NCBI GenBank assembly: GCA_963737655.1
Contig: CAVTTN010000002.1
Coordinates: 480,001 to 544,000 of the forward strand
Source: an uncultured Planctomycetota bacterium
GTDB taxonomy: Bacteria; Planctomycetota; Planctomycetia; Isosphaerales; Isosphaeraceae
DNA: 64,000 nt
Direction: 5' to 3'
Shown here: positions 30,427 to 41,600 of the stretch, one piece after another
Layout: the number at the start of each line of letters is the position of its first letter
How positions within the stretch are numbered: position 1 is the first letter of the stretch
Notes under the pieces: generated by a model
Databases searched by the model: none
What the model saw: only the letters and a program-made list of their open reading frames with translations
Told to the model about the DNA's origin: nothing
Program-made: the position numbers and the translations under genes

Positions 30427-32060
30427 AGCGCCCCGGACTCGGCCGAAGGCCGATCCAGGCGGAGCGGCGGAGCGGCGAGGAAGCGACGGCCCCGGATCGG
30501 CGTCTCTCCCCAGAGCGCCCTCAAACTCGACGCATCCAGCCCGCCTCCTAGCGCCTCGACCCGATCCGGCCCCGGTCGGAGCGGTCCCCAGCGGATCGCC
30601 ACGGGTTCCAGGTCCCGACCGTCCCTCTCGCGGAACCCCAGGTGCAATTCCGACCCCACTCTCCGGGCCTCCAGGTCAAGACGGGGGATCTGGGAAGACA
30701 GGGGAATGGCCGTGACCTGGAGATGAGCCGCCGCGGTCGTCTCGACCTCCACCGAGACCGCCCCGGTCGCCGACCCCTCGACGATCAGGTATCGAGTCGT
30801 CGTCCCCTCTGCAACCCAGCAAAGGCTCGGCTCGCCGGGCTCGACCCTCGTGAATCGAGGGCCGCCGCGATCCTCGGCGCCCCCTCCCACGCTCTCCCTC
30901 GCCAAGGCGGCCGTCCAGCCCCGGTACAGGTCGGCGAAGGAACGGCCGGTGGCCTTCTCCAGATTCTCCATCCCACGCAAATTCGAGCGGACCAGCGAGC
31001 GGAGCAGGTCGGGGCCCACCTCCCCGGCGCACCAGCGGAGGAACAGGTAGGTGCTGCCCCGATGGCCGTGGCTCCGAATCAATTCGGGCGAGTCGTAATC
31101 GTTCACCAGGAGACGATAGCGTTCGGGTTCGGAAAGAAACGACGCGACCCGATGCTCCAGGTTCGTCCGCGAGAAACCGTGGAGGTCTTCCGAAAGGTGG
31201 GCCTCGGCCTCGTCCAGCCAGCCCTCCTCGTCGCCCGAATGGCCCTCGATGACCTTCCGGCAATACGTGGCCGCATGGGTGTATTCGTGGGCGATCACGG
31301 TCCGCAAATGAGGTCCGGCGCCCAATTTCGCGTTCAAGAACATCACGTCGGCGTGGTTTGAGAGCGGAACCGGTAGGTTTTGGTCGAAATCCGCGCCCCG
31401 GACAAACCCGTCCACCGAGAGCCGGCCATCGGCCAGGCGATCGAGCCAGCCGGTCAGGAGGACGGCGAACCGGCCGTCGCCATCGACGTCCCGGGCCCGG
31501 CCGAACTCCACCTCTGCCAGGGGGATCACGGCCCGATCGAAGGTGGCCAGCACATCCTGGACAACCCTCTCCTCCACTCTTCGCTCATCATCCACGTCCA
31601 CATAAACGGCCACGGTTTGCCCAGTCCCCCGCAACCGCCCGCGGACCGTCCGATAATTGCTGGGACTGGCGGGATCGCCCTCCCGAACCGGCAAGGAAAA
31701 CGCCCGAAATGGCGAAAGATGAGGCGTTTCGGGAATCCTGGAAAATTGGGAAAACGCGGGAAGGAGGCAAGGGGGCCGTCGCGGTCCATCGAAGGCCAAT
31801 CGCGGGGCCTCGGGGTGGTCGGACGCCCGGACGGTGACGCGGACGGGGAAGGGGCCGGGTTTGCGGGTCAGGCAAGAAACGACGAGCAACGTCCGCTCGT
31901 TCCGAGACCGGCCCGGGGCCGAGAACCGGGCCCGGCCGCCCTCCACGGCGATCGGCACGGGGCGATCGTGGGCCCAGCCCGGTCCCGGGTCGTCCGCCCG
32001 GACGGGGTGGGGGACCAGGACGGCCAGAATCCAGGCGATTCCCGCCTCGCGGAGAGTCAT
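30327..32060 (-). CDS. Exported zinc metallopeptidase (M30/hyicolysin-like)
   Basis: Signal peptide, DVDGDGRFAVL, HEYTH (HExxH) and downstream WLDEAEAHLSE. Confidence 0.75.
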   Translation of the reverse strand: MTLREAGIAWILAVLVPHPVRADDPGPGWAHDRPVPIAVEGGRARFSAPGRSRNERTLLVVSCLTRKPGPFPVRVTVRASDHPEAPRLAFDGPRRPPCLLPAFSQFSRIPETPHLSPFRAFSLPVREGDPASPSNYRTVRGRLRGTGQTVAVYVDVDDERRVEERVVQDVLATFDRAVIPLAEVEFGRARDVDGDGRFAVLLTGWLDRLADGRLSVDGFVRGADFDQNLPVPLSNHADVMFLNAKLGAGPHLRTVIAHEYTHAATYCRKVIEGHSGDEEGWLDEAEAHLSEDLHGFSRTNLEHRVASFLSEPERYRLLVNDYDSPELIRSHGHRGSTYLFLRWCAGEVGPDLLRSLVRSNLRGMENLEKATGRSFADLYRGWTAALARESVGGGAEDRGGPRFTRVEPGEPSLCWVAEGTTTRYLIVEGSATGAVSVEVETTAAAHLQVTAIPLSSQIPRLDLEARRVGSELHLGFRERDGRDLEPVAIRWGPLRPGPDRVEALGGGLDASSLRALWGETPIRGRRFLAAPPLRLDRPSAESGALYVSVTARDAEGRKVSAWAVVPSRAVPDEGDGR

Positions 32061-32399
32061 CGACCGTCTCGAAATGGGCCGAGGCCGCCCCGAGGAACCC
32101 CGACGAGCGGTCGTCGGCGAGGAGGCGTCTGGCTGATCGATCGGCCAGGCGGAATGGTCGGCTTCAACGCTTTCGACCGAGGAAAAAGATCGGGCAATCC
32201 GCCGGGATTTTGCCGGTTTTCCTGGATTCCTCGGTCGTGGCGACGAAGGATCTCCCGGCCCTCGCGGCGAGGGACCCGCCTCGGAGCCACCGCCCCCTTG
32301 ACGGCCGACCCGTCGCGGGTATCATGAATACTCTCTCACCCAGCCCCAAGCCGGGAAGCGGTCCCCCGCATCACCCCGACCGACGGACGTGAGGCCCTC

Positions 32400-32486
32400 G
32401 CCGGAGTGGCGGAATTGGCAGACGCGCTAGCTTGAGGGGCTAGTGAGCTAACCATGCTCGTGCAGGTTCAAGTCCTGTCTCCGGCA
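32400..32486 (+). tRNA. tRNA-Leu (anticodon GAG)
   Basis: Acceptor GCCGGAG/CTCCGGC, anticodon arm CTAGC-TTGAGGG-GCTAG, long variable arm, GGTTCAAGTCC T-arm. CCA not encoded. Confidence 0.96.
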
Positions 32487-32498
32487 GTTGTTCCGACG

Positions 32499-32529
32499 AA
32501 AGCCAGGGCCATCCGCCCTGGCTTTTTTT
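32499..32529 (+). terminator. Intrinsic terminator after tRNA-Leu
   Basis: Stem AAAGCCAGGGC/GCCCTGGCTTT running into a 7-T tract. Confidence 0.85.
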
Positions 32530-32614
32530 CGTGGATCGACGGGCCGATCCGTGGGTGACCGGCCCCGATCTTCGTAGGCGTACCGCCCGCAAGAGGATCG
32601 GCCAGGAACGCGAG

Positions 32615-32648
32615 AGGCCCCGGGACGACGGAAGTCGTCCCGGGGCCT
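32615..32648. terminator. Perfect 15-bp hairpin downstream of the giant gene
   Basis: AGGCCCCGGGACGAC-GGAA-GTCGTCCCGGGGCCT, 30 nt past the stop at 32679. No clear U-tract. Confidence 0.55.
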
Positions 32649-32678
32649 GGCGTTCTCGTCGGCGACCTCGTCCGCGGA

Positions 32679-35600
32679 TTATTCGTCCCGGGGGCCCTTC
32701 CAGAGGCTTTCCAGGGCGAGGTCGTGGGCCGTGGCCCTGGGGCGGATGGCCTTCTGCTGGAGCTTCCGGGCGTGGGCTCCGGCGGCCCTGGGGGCCGGGG
32801 TTTGCTGCTTGACCAGGGGCAGAGGCCGGTCGGGATGGCCGAAGGCGAACTTCAGGGCCGAGCCGGCGGTCGGGGTGGAGGTTGAAGTCGAAGGTGCGGG
32901 GGTGAGGGTCCGGGTCGTCGCCGGGGCGATCGGGGCGAAGTCGCTGCCGGAGGCCGAGGTCGCGAGCTCCTTGAGGGCCGTCGTCACGCCGCCACGGGAC
33001 GGCAGCAAGGCCGGCAGAGGCTGGAAGTTGTGGCTGAAGACATTCGCCGGGTCGGGGGTGCCGAAGGGGGTGATCGCCGCCCCTCCGCCGGAGAACGAGG
33101 CGTAGAACTTCGCGCCCACCGGGTCGTAGACGACCACGTCGGTCTTGCTGTCGCCGTCGTAGTTGGCGACCACCGGGATGTCGGCCCCGTTGGGGACGCC
33201 ATACTGGAAGATGTTCGCCCCTCCGGCGGAGTAGCTGATGTAGTACCGGACCGAGGCGGGGTCGAAGACGGCGATGTCGGTCTTGCCGTCGCCGTCGAAG
33301 TCGCCCGCGACCGGGATTCCCTGGCCGTTGGGGTTGCCGAACAGGAAGGTGCTGGCGCCTCCGGCCGAGTAGGAGATGTACCAGCGGGCCGAGGGGGGGT
33401 CGTAGACGGCCACGTCGGTCTTGCCGTCGCCGTCGAAGTCGCCGGCCACGGGCAGGTCGTTGCTGCCCGGGACGCCGAAGGCGAAGGCGTTGGCCCCGCC
33501 GGAGGAGTACTGGATGAAGAACCTCGCCGAAGTCTGGTCGTAGACGGCGATGTCGGTCTTGCCGTCGCCGTCGAAGTCGCCGGAGATCGGGATGTCGTCG
33601 TGGTTGGGCAGGCCGAAGGGGTTGGGGACGCCCCAGGGGACGACCCGGGCGCCTCCGCCGGAGAGGCTGATGTAGAAGGTGGCCGACCTCGGGTCGTACA
33701 CCGCGATGTCGGCCTTGCCGTCGCCGTCGAAGTCGCCGGAGACCGATCGGCCGGCCCCGTTGGGGATGCCGAAGGTGTACGCCTTGCCCCCGCCACCGGT
33801 GTAGCCGAAGTAGAAGGTGGCGGAGGAGGGGTCGTATACGGCGTAATCGGTCCTGCCGTCGCCGTCGTAGTCGCCGGCAGCCTGGATGACGGTGACCGGC
33901 TGGACCTTGGTGACGGGGCCGACGTTGCCGGCGACGTCGGTGGCGACGAGGTAGAACTGATCCTTGCCCAGGGGGAGGTTGGAGGCGGGGGTCAGGGTGT
34001 AGGAGCCGTCGGCCCCGGCCACGGCGGCGGAGACGAGGTGGACGCCGAGGTCATAGAGGCCCACGGTGGCATACGGCTTGGTGATCCCGGTCAGCCGAGG
34101 ACGGCGGAGCGAGGTGATGCCGTCTCCCTTCACTCCGGTGTCGTCGGCCGGGAGGATGCCCAGGGTGGGGACGCCCGGCGGGATCGAATCGACGGCCATC
34201 GTGAGGGTCGGGCTGAGGCTGACGTTGCCGGCCCCGTCTCGGGCCCGGGCCTGGAAGTTGTAGACGCCGCTGACCAGATCGACCGACGGGGCCACGACGT
34301 AGGTGCCGCCGGAGTCGGCCACGGCGGTGCCGAAGACGGTGCCCAGGGTGTTGACCAGGTCCACGGCCGTGCCCGCCGCGGCGGTCCCGGTGAACCGGGG
34401 CCGGACCAGGCTGGTGATGTTGTCGCCCTTGACGCCGGTGTCGTCGGCCGGGAGCAGCGAGATTGTCGGCGCGGTCGGGGCGTTGGTCGCGATGATGAGG
34501 GTAAACTGCGAGCTGGCGGCGGTGTTGCCGGCCGAGTCGGTGGCGATGACCTGGACCGGGTACTTGCCGTCGGCGAGGTCCAGGGTCGGCTGGAGCGAGT
34601 AGGTGCCGTCGGCCAGCGAGACCGAGCTGACCGAGGAGCTCCCGTAGTTCAGGGTGACCTTGATGCCCGGGTCGGTCACGCCGACCAGGTGGGGCCGACG
34701 GACGTTGGTGGTGAAGTCGCCGACCAGGCCGCTGTCGTCCTTGGGCAGGAGGGTGAGGGTCGGGATCGTCGGCGGCTGGGTGTCGATCACCAGGGGCCGG
34801 GGTGCGGCCAGGGTGGTGGAGTTGCCGGCCAGGTCGGTGGCCCGGACGCTGATGTTGTACGTCCCGTCGGGCAGGTTGGTGGACGGGGCGACGGTGTAGG
34901 TGCCGTCGGACCCGGAGATCACCGAGCCGAGGACGCCGGTATCCCCGATCAGGTCCACGAACACGCCGGCCTCGGTCGTCCCGGTGAACCGGGGGGTGCG
35001 GACGTTGGTGACGTAGTCCCCCTTGATGTTCGAGTCGTCGGCCGGCACGAGGGTCGGCTGGCTGAGGATCGGGGGGATGGTGTCGATCGTGACCGTCAGG
35101 GGAGGCCCGAGGGGCCCGACGTTGCCGGCCAGGTCGGTCTGCTGGCTGGCGTAGGCGTACTTGTTGTCGGGCTGGGTGGTGGTGTCGGAGATCGTCCCGC
35201 CGCCGACGATCGAACCGACGAGGACGTAGGTCGAATCGGGCGACGAGGCGAGCTTGCGGAAGAGGGAAACGGTGGCCGTTGGCTCGGTGGCGGTGACGTC
35301 GAGGATCCGGCCGTTCTTGAAGTTGGTGATGCCGTCGCCGAGAGGCCCGCTGTCGGTGGCCTGGTCGAGGGTCGGGGCCGGCGGGGCGGCCGGCTTCTGG
35401 GTGTCGAAGAAGACGGCGACGGTGCCTCCGTAGGACCCGGCGTTGCCCGCGGCGTCCACCTGGATGGTCGAGTAGACGAACGTCCCGGTGGTGTTCGGGT
35501 TGATCACGGGGCCGGGGTCCTGGACCGAGCCGGCCCCGACGACCTGGCCGATGTACTGGTAGGCCGAGTCCTGGGCGCCCTGGGGCTTGCGGTAGAGCTT

Positions 35601-38600
35601 GATGGTGACGCCGGTCTCGGTCGGCGTGAGGTCGAAGATCGGGTTGGTGACGTCGGTCACGTCGTCGTTGTTGAACTGGCCGCTATCGCTGGCGGCCTCC
35701 AGGACCGGCGGAGGGGCGGTGCCGGGGGCGGTCAGGTCGATGTCGAGCTGGTAGGCGCCGCTGGTGCTGGCGTTGCCGGCCAGGTCGGTGGCCCGGACCT
35801 CCAGGCTGTAGATCCCCTCGTTCAGGGGCGAGGTGGGCTGGAGCGAGAAGGTGCCGTCGGCCAGGGCCGTGCCGGTGGCCAGGACGTTCGACGGGTTGGA
35901 GGCGTCGAAGAGGACCAGGGCGGCCCCGGCCTCGGTCTTGCCGGTGATCCGGGGCTGCTGGTTGCTGGTGATCCCGTCTCCCTTGGTCCCCGTATCGTCG
36001 TTGGGGTTGATCCCGAGGTTGTTGGGGACCACGGGCGGGGTGGTGTCGATGGTGACGGGCAGGAAGCTGCTGGCCGTTCCGGGGTTGCCGGCGAGGTCGA
36101 TCTCCTGGGCTTCGTAGTCGTAAACCCCGTCCGGCGTGGGCGTTGGCAGGTTCGTGTCGATCACGTTGCCGGTGCCGACCCGGGTGCCGACGACCTGGAA
36201 CGCCCCGGTCCCGCCGTGGACCCGTCGCAGGAGGTTCACGGTGGCCGTGGTCTCGGTCGAGGTCACGGCGAAGGCCGGCAGGGTGGACTTGGTGGTGTTG
36301 TCGGTGTTGCTGGCGCCGGTGTCGGTCGCGTCGGTGAGGTCCGGGATGGTGGGCACGCCGGGGGCGATGTTGTCGAAGGTGACGATCGTGGTCACCAGGC
36401 CCGGGAGCACGCCGGGATTGCCGGCGGCGTCGGTCTCCTGGACCGAGTAGATGTACACGCCGTTGGCCGGGGCCGAGGGGTCCTGGAGCATCCCGCTGCC
36501 GGTGATCGGGGTGCCCACGGCGACGTAGACGGGGTTGGACGACTGCGGGGCCCGGAAGAGCTGGACCGAGACGGTCGATTCGCTGGCCACGACGTCGAAG
36601 AAGGGGGCCTTGGCGTTGGTGTACTCGTCGGTGTTGCTCGGGCCGCTGTCGCTCTTGGCGTCGAGGACCAGGCTCAGGGCGGAGGCCGGCGCGGTCGTAT
36701 CGATGGTCACGACCAGGGCGGAACTCGGGGACGAGGTGTTGCCGGCGAGGTCCATTTCCTGGGAGGCGTAGTCGTACACGCCATCGATCGGGACGTTGCT
36801 GGCCAGGGTGATGTCGGTCAGGGCGACCGACTTGAGCGAGCCCGTCAGGGCCGCGGAGTTGACGACCACGTAGGCCGGCGGCTTGCCGCTGGTGACGTGG
36901 GGCCGCCGGAGGAGCTGGAGGACGCCGGTCGTCTCGGTCGGGGTGATGTCGAAGACCGGGGCGGTGGCCGAGGTGACGTTGTCCTTGTTGCTCGGGCCCG
37001 TGTCGCTGGCGTCTTCCAGGTCGGGCGTGGTGGGGGTGAGCGGCGGGGTGGTGTCGATGGTGACGGTCAGGGGGTCGCTGAAGGGCCCGGGATTGCCGGC
37101 CTGGTCGATTTCCATGAACGCATAGTTATACACGCCGTCCGGGGGGTTCTGGAGGGCGAGCTGGGTATCCTGGAGCCGGCGGCTGGCCGAGCTGGTGGGG
37201 CTGCCCACGCTGGTGGCCACGGCCAGCGTGTAATTGGTGTCGGTGGCGAGCTTCCGGAACAGGACGACGGTGGCCGAGGCCTCGGTCGAGACCATGTCGA
37301 AGAACGGCGCCGTGTTCTTGGTGATCCTGTCCGAGTTGCTGGAGCCGGTGTCGCTGGCCGATTCCAGGACCGGCGGGTTGAGCGGCTTCGAGGGGGGCGT
37401 GATGTCCACGAGGATCGTCAAGTTGGGGCTGGGCAGGCTGATGTTGCCGGCCACGTCCTCCTGCTCGACGAAGTAGGTGTGGGACCCGCCGGAGAGGGTC
37501 CGCTTGTCCTGGATCGTGACCGTGCCGGAGCCGGTGGCGGTGGCGATCGGCGTCCCGGGCATCGTGGAGTCGAACAGCATGACCAGCGCCCCGGGCTCGA
37601 TGCCGGTGACGTCGATATAGGGGCTGGTCACATTCGTGTAGTTGTCGTTCGGGTCGTAGCCGCTGTCGCTGCCGCCCGGGGCGGGCAGGTTATGGTCGAG
37701 GGTCGGCGTGTTGGGGGCGCCCGGCGGGGTGGTGTCCAGGGTGAAGCTGAACAGGGTGATGTTGCCCTTGGTGCCCGACTGGTCGGTGGCCTGGACGCCG
37801 ATGGTCTTCACGCCGTCGGTGGCGAAGGCCGTGGTGACCTGGACCGAGAAGTGCCCCGCGGCGTCGGTGAAGCCGCTGCCGATCTTGGGCGGCGGCTGGA
37901 TGCTCGGGTCCGTCTCGTCGTAGAGGTCGATCTGGACCACGCTCCCGAAGGCCGCGCCCTGCTCCGAGAGGCCCGCGATGAACGGCGTGGGATCGTTGGT
38001 CTTGCGGTCGTTATTGAGCAAGCCGGTGTCGCTGCCGCCGGGAGGGGGGTTCTTCGGGTCCAGGCCGATCGAGGTGGGGAAGACGATCGGGGCCAGGCGG
38101 ATGGTGAAGGCGCCCCGGCCGTAGGTGGTGGCGTAGAGGACGTCCGGGCCCTGGGAGATGTCGGGCCTTCCGGTGGTCGGGTCGATCGGGCCGAGGACCA
38201 GGTTCAGGCTGGTGACCAGGGCGTTGGGCAGGCCGCCGCCGTCGCCCGGAGGGCTGGGGGTCTGGTCGGTGCCGTTGGGGTCGGCCGAGGGGAAGATCGT
38301 CCAGGTCTGGCCGCCGTCGAGCGACCGGAACACCCCGCCCTCGCCGCCCACGTAGAGGACCGGGTGGCTCGATCCGGTGGGGTTGGCCGGGTTGTCCGGG
38401 ATGATGTACCGCCAGTCGGCCTGGACCGAGGTGAAGTCCTTGAGCCGGGAGGCCAGCTGCATCATCGACGGGGCGCTGCCGAAGAACGGCTCGGTGATGT
38501 TGAAGAGGTTGCCGGTGATGTTCACCCAGGTCGCGCCGGCGGCCGTGGAGTCCACCATGTGGTAGACGCCCTTGCTCGTCACGGCGTAGGCCTCGTGGCT

Positions 38601-41600
38601 ACCTCGGGTCGGGTTGGTCACGATCTGCTGGATGGACGAGCCGTCCAGGCCGGCCGAGAGGTTCTTCCACTGGTCGCCGTTCTGGCCGCCGCCGGTGAAG
38701 GTGACGAAGAGGTCGCCGTTGGTCGTCCCGGCGTAGACGAAGTTGTCCAGGTTGCCCAGCCCGGCCGGCCCGTTGGGGTCCGGGGCCCCGTAGGCCAGGG
38801 CCTGGGCGTTGGAGCCGTCCAGGGCCGAGGGCTTGCCGATCAGGCTCCAGAACTTGCCGTCGGTCTCGGTGCTGTAGACCGACCCGTTGAACGAGCTCAT
38901 GATGACCTGTTCGCCCGTCAGCGGGTTGACGGCGAAGTTGAACCCCATGCGGAACGGCCATTGGGGGTCGGTCACGTCGAAGATCGGGCCGGTGTTGGGG
39001 TCCTTCTGGCCGCCGCCGTTGGCGTTGATCAGCTGGTTCGTGCGGCTGTTGCCGTCGAGCTGGAAGAAGTCCGAGACGACGCCGTTGTCGGTCTCGGCCG
39101 GGACCTCGAAGCGGTAGACCGAGCCGTATTGCGAGCTGCCCGGCCCGGTCTGGACGACGGCGATCCCGGCGCCGGTGCCGAGGTAGGTGGCGTTGCCGGT
39201 GGACCAGGTGATGTCGCCGTAGCCGGCCTGGCCGGGCTGGATCACGTTGGCGTTGGCGAAGGGGAAGCCGGTCCCGTTGGTGGTCCCGTAGAACATCCCC
39301 TTGAGGAACGAGGCGTTGGCCGCGAGGTTGGACGGCTCGGCGGCCCCGTAGAAGAACTGGGTGGTCTGGAGGTTGCCGTTCCTGGACCCGCTGGCGATCG
39401 GGATGTCGCCCTTGTCGGTGGCGAGGTTGGTGGTCGAGCCGAGGCTGCCGATCAGGCCGCCCTTGCCGTTATCGACGGCCGTGAACACGCCGTCGTCGTC
39501 GCCGAAGATCAGCCGGGTCTTGCCGGTGACCGGGTCCTTCATCGAGATGATCTGATGAATGCCCCGGGTCGGGACGCTCCAGGGGTCGGCGGCGTTGGTG
39601 TCGAAGGTCGAGGGCTGGAGGGCCTGGTCGAACGGAGTCCACGTGGCCTTGGCCCCGGAGTTGGAGAACGCCAGGAGGTTGGTCACCGGGATGGTGGCCG
39701 CGGTGAGGAACGGGCTCCTCGGGTTGACCAGCAGGTTCAGGTACGGGTTGTAGACCGGGCTGAACGGCGAGGTCGTGCCGTTGCCGGCGTTGGCCGCCCC
39801 GGGGGCGGAGATCAGGACCGGGCCGGAGGCCGTCGTCGAGTTCAGCGTGGGGTAGTTCTCCCACTGGCCCCGCTGGCCGCCGGTCTGGAGGTTCGCCGCC
39901 AGGGGGGCGGTGCCCTCGGGGTCGGTGTTCGACACGTAGAAGGCGTGCGGGTCGGCCAGGCCGGTCGTGTCGATCCGCAGGAGGCCCGAGGTCTGGTACT
40001 GGTCGGTCCCGCCGAGGTACAGGACGTTGGGGTTGCTGGGATCGACGGTCAGGGCCAGGTCGAAGTTGCCCAGGCCGAAGTTGTCCAGGTTCGGGTCGGC
40101 CGGGTCTTGGATGTCGGGCGCCTCGCCGTAGGGCGTCTCTTCGCCGGCGGGGTCGTAGTCATCGTAGGTGTCGTTGTTGGTCGGGACCTTCGGCTCGTTG
40201 TGGTCGCCGAGGGTGTCCACGGAGAGCTGGATCCGGGTCCAGTTCTGGCCGAAGTCCTTGGTCACGTACACGCCGTCGAGGTGGCCACCGGCGACGAGCT
40301 GATTGTCGGTGGTGACCTGGCTGGGCGTGCTGATCACGGCCGCGTAGAGCCAGCCCTCGTACAGGACGTCCTGGAGGGGGTTGCCGGTCAGCGCCGGCTT
40401 GGCCAGGACGATCTTGCCCTTGGGCGTGGCCGGCGAGATCGAGTTGGGCGTGGCGAGCTTGGAGAAGTCCGAGGCGGAGGAGAGGACCGGGACCGGCTGG
40501 GTCGGGGTCGAGTCGAAGCTGCGGATCAGCGGGTCGCCCAGGGCCCCGGTCATCAGGTTGAAGACCTGCCCCTGGTTCGGGCTGGAATAGACGCCGTCGC
40601 CCTGGAAGGCGGCGTAGAGGATCTGGAGGTTGCCGTTGGGGGCGCCGGTGCCGCTATTCTGGTCGAGGATGACGTCGGTGGCCTGGCCGGCCTTCATCCG
40701 GGTCCAGGTGTTGCCGGAGTCCTCCGACCGCCAGATCCCGCCGGAGATGCCGGTGCCGCTCACGGCGTTGCCGTTGACGTCCACGTCGGCCATCGCGGCG
40801 TAGACGATCACGTTGCCGCTGGTCGTCGGCGTCGGGTCCACGGTGATCTTGTAGCCGACGGTGCCGAAGCCGACCTGCTTGCCGGTGGAGTCGGTCAGGC
40901 CGCTGAAGTCGTGCTTCCTGAGCGACGAGTTGATCGGCAGGAGGTTGCCCTGGGCGTCCACGTTGGTGGCCGAATCCAGGAGGGTCCAGGTCGCCCCGCC
41001 GTCCTCGGAACGAAGGATGCCGATGCCCCGGGTCGAGAGCGACGAGGTGTCGCCGCGGGTCGGGGCGCCGTCGGCCCGGGTGCTGGGGACCTCGACGCCC
41101 AGGGCGTTGGGGTCGCCCGTGGTGGCGAAGAGGATCGACTGGTTCGGGTCGTTGTTCCGGCCGAAGATGGCGATCGACCCGATGTTCATCCCGAGGGTCG
41201 GGCCGAAGTCGGTCAGGGGCACGTAGGTCGGCCCGACCGGCGAGGTGGTGAGGAAGTCGGTCGTCTTCCAGATCCCGCCGGAGGCCGCGCCGATGTAGAC
41301 CGTGTTGCCCGAGGGGTCCGAGGGGTCCACCGCGATGGCGTTGACCCGGCCGGAGACCTGGGCGTTGAGCCCTTCGCCCTGGGCGCCGATCCCCGCCGGG
41401 CCGACGGCCGTCCAGGTGTCCGAGGCCAGGGGGTTGGTGGGGTTCTGGACGAAGATCCGGAACGTCCCGGTGAACTGGTCGGCCACGGACTCGCCCAGGC
41501 CGGTCAGCGGCACGGGCTTGCCCAGGTTGAGCGTCCAGTTGTTGATCGTCCCGGTCTTCCCGGTCTCGCTGTCGACGATCCGCAGGATCCAGGTGCCGGC

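Noticed and set aside
179..32392. Many long R/G/P-rich overlapping ORFs in the track
   Set aside because: Alternative-frame artefacts of ~70% GC DNA overlapping well-supported genes.
32400..32529. tRNA-Leu as an integration site
   Set aside because: Followed directly by its terminator, with no integrase and no repeated 3' fragment seen.
33050..33880. Regularly spaced DNA repeats resembling a CRISPR array
   Set aside because: They are coding FG-GAP repeats (GDFDGDGKTD) with synonymous variation, and there are no cas genes.
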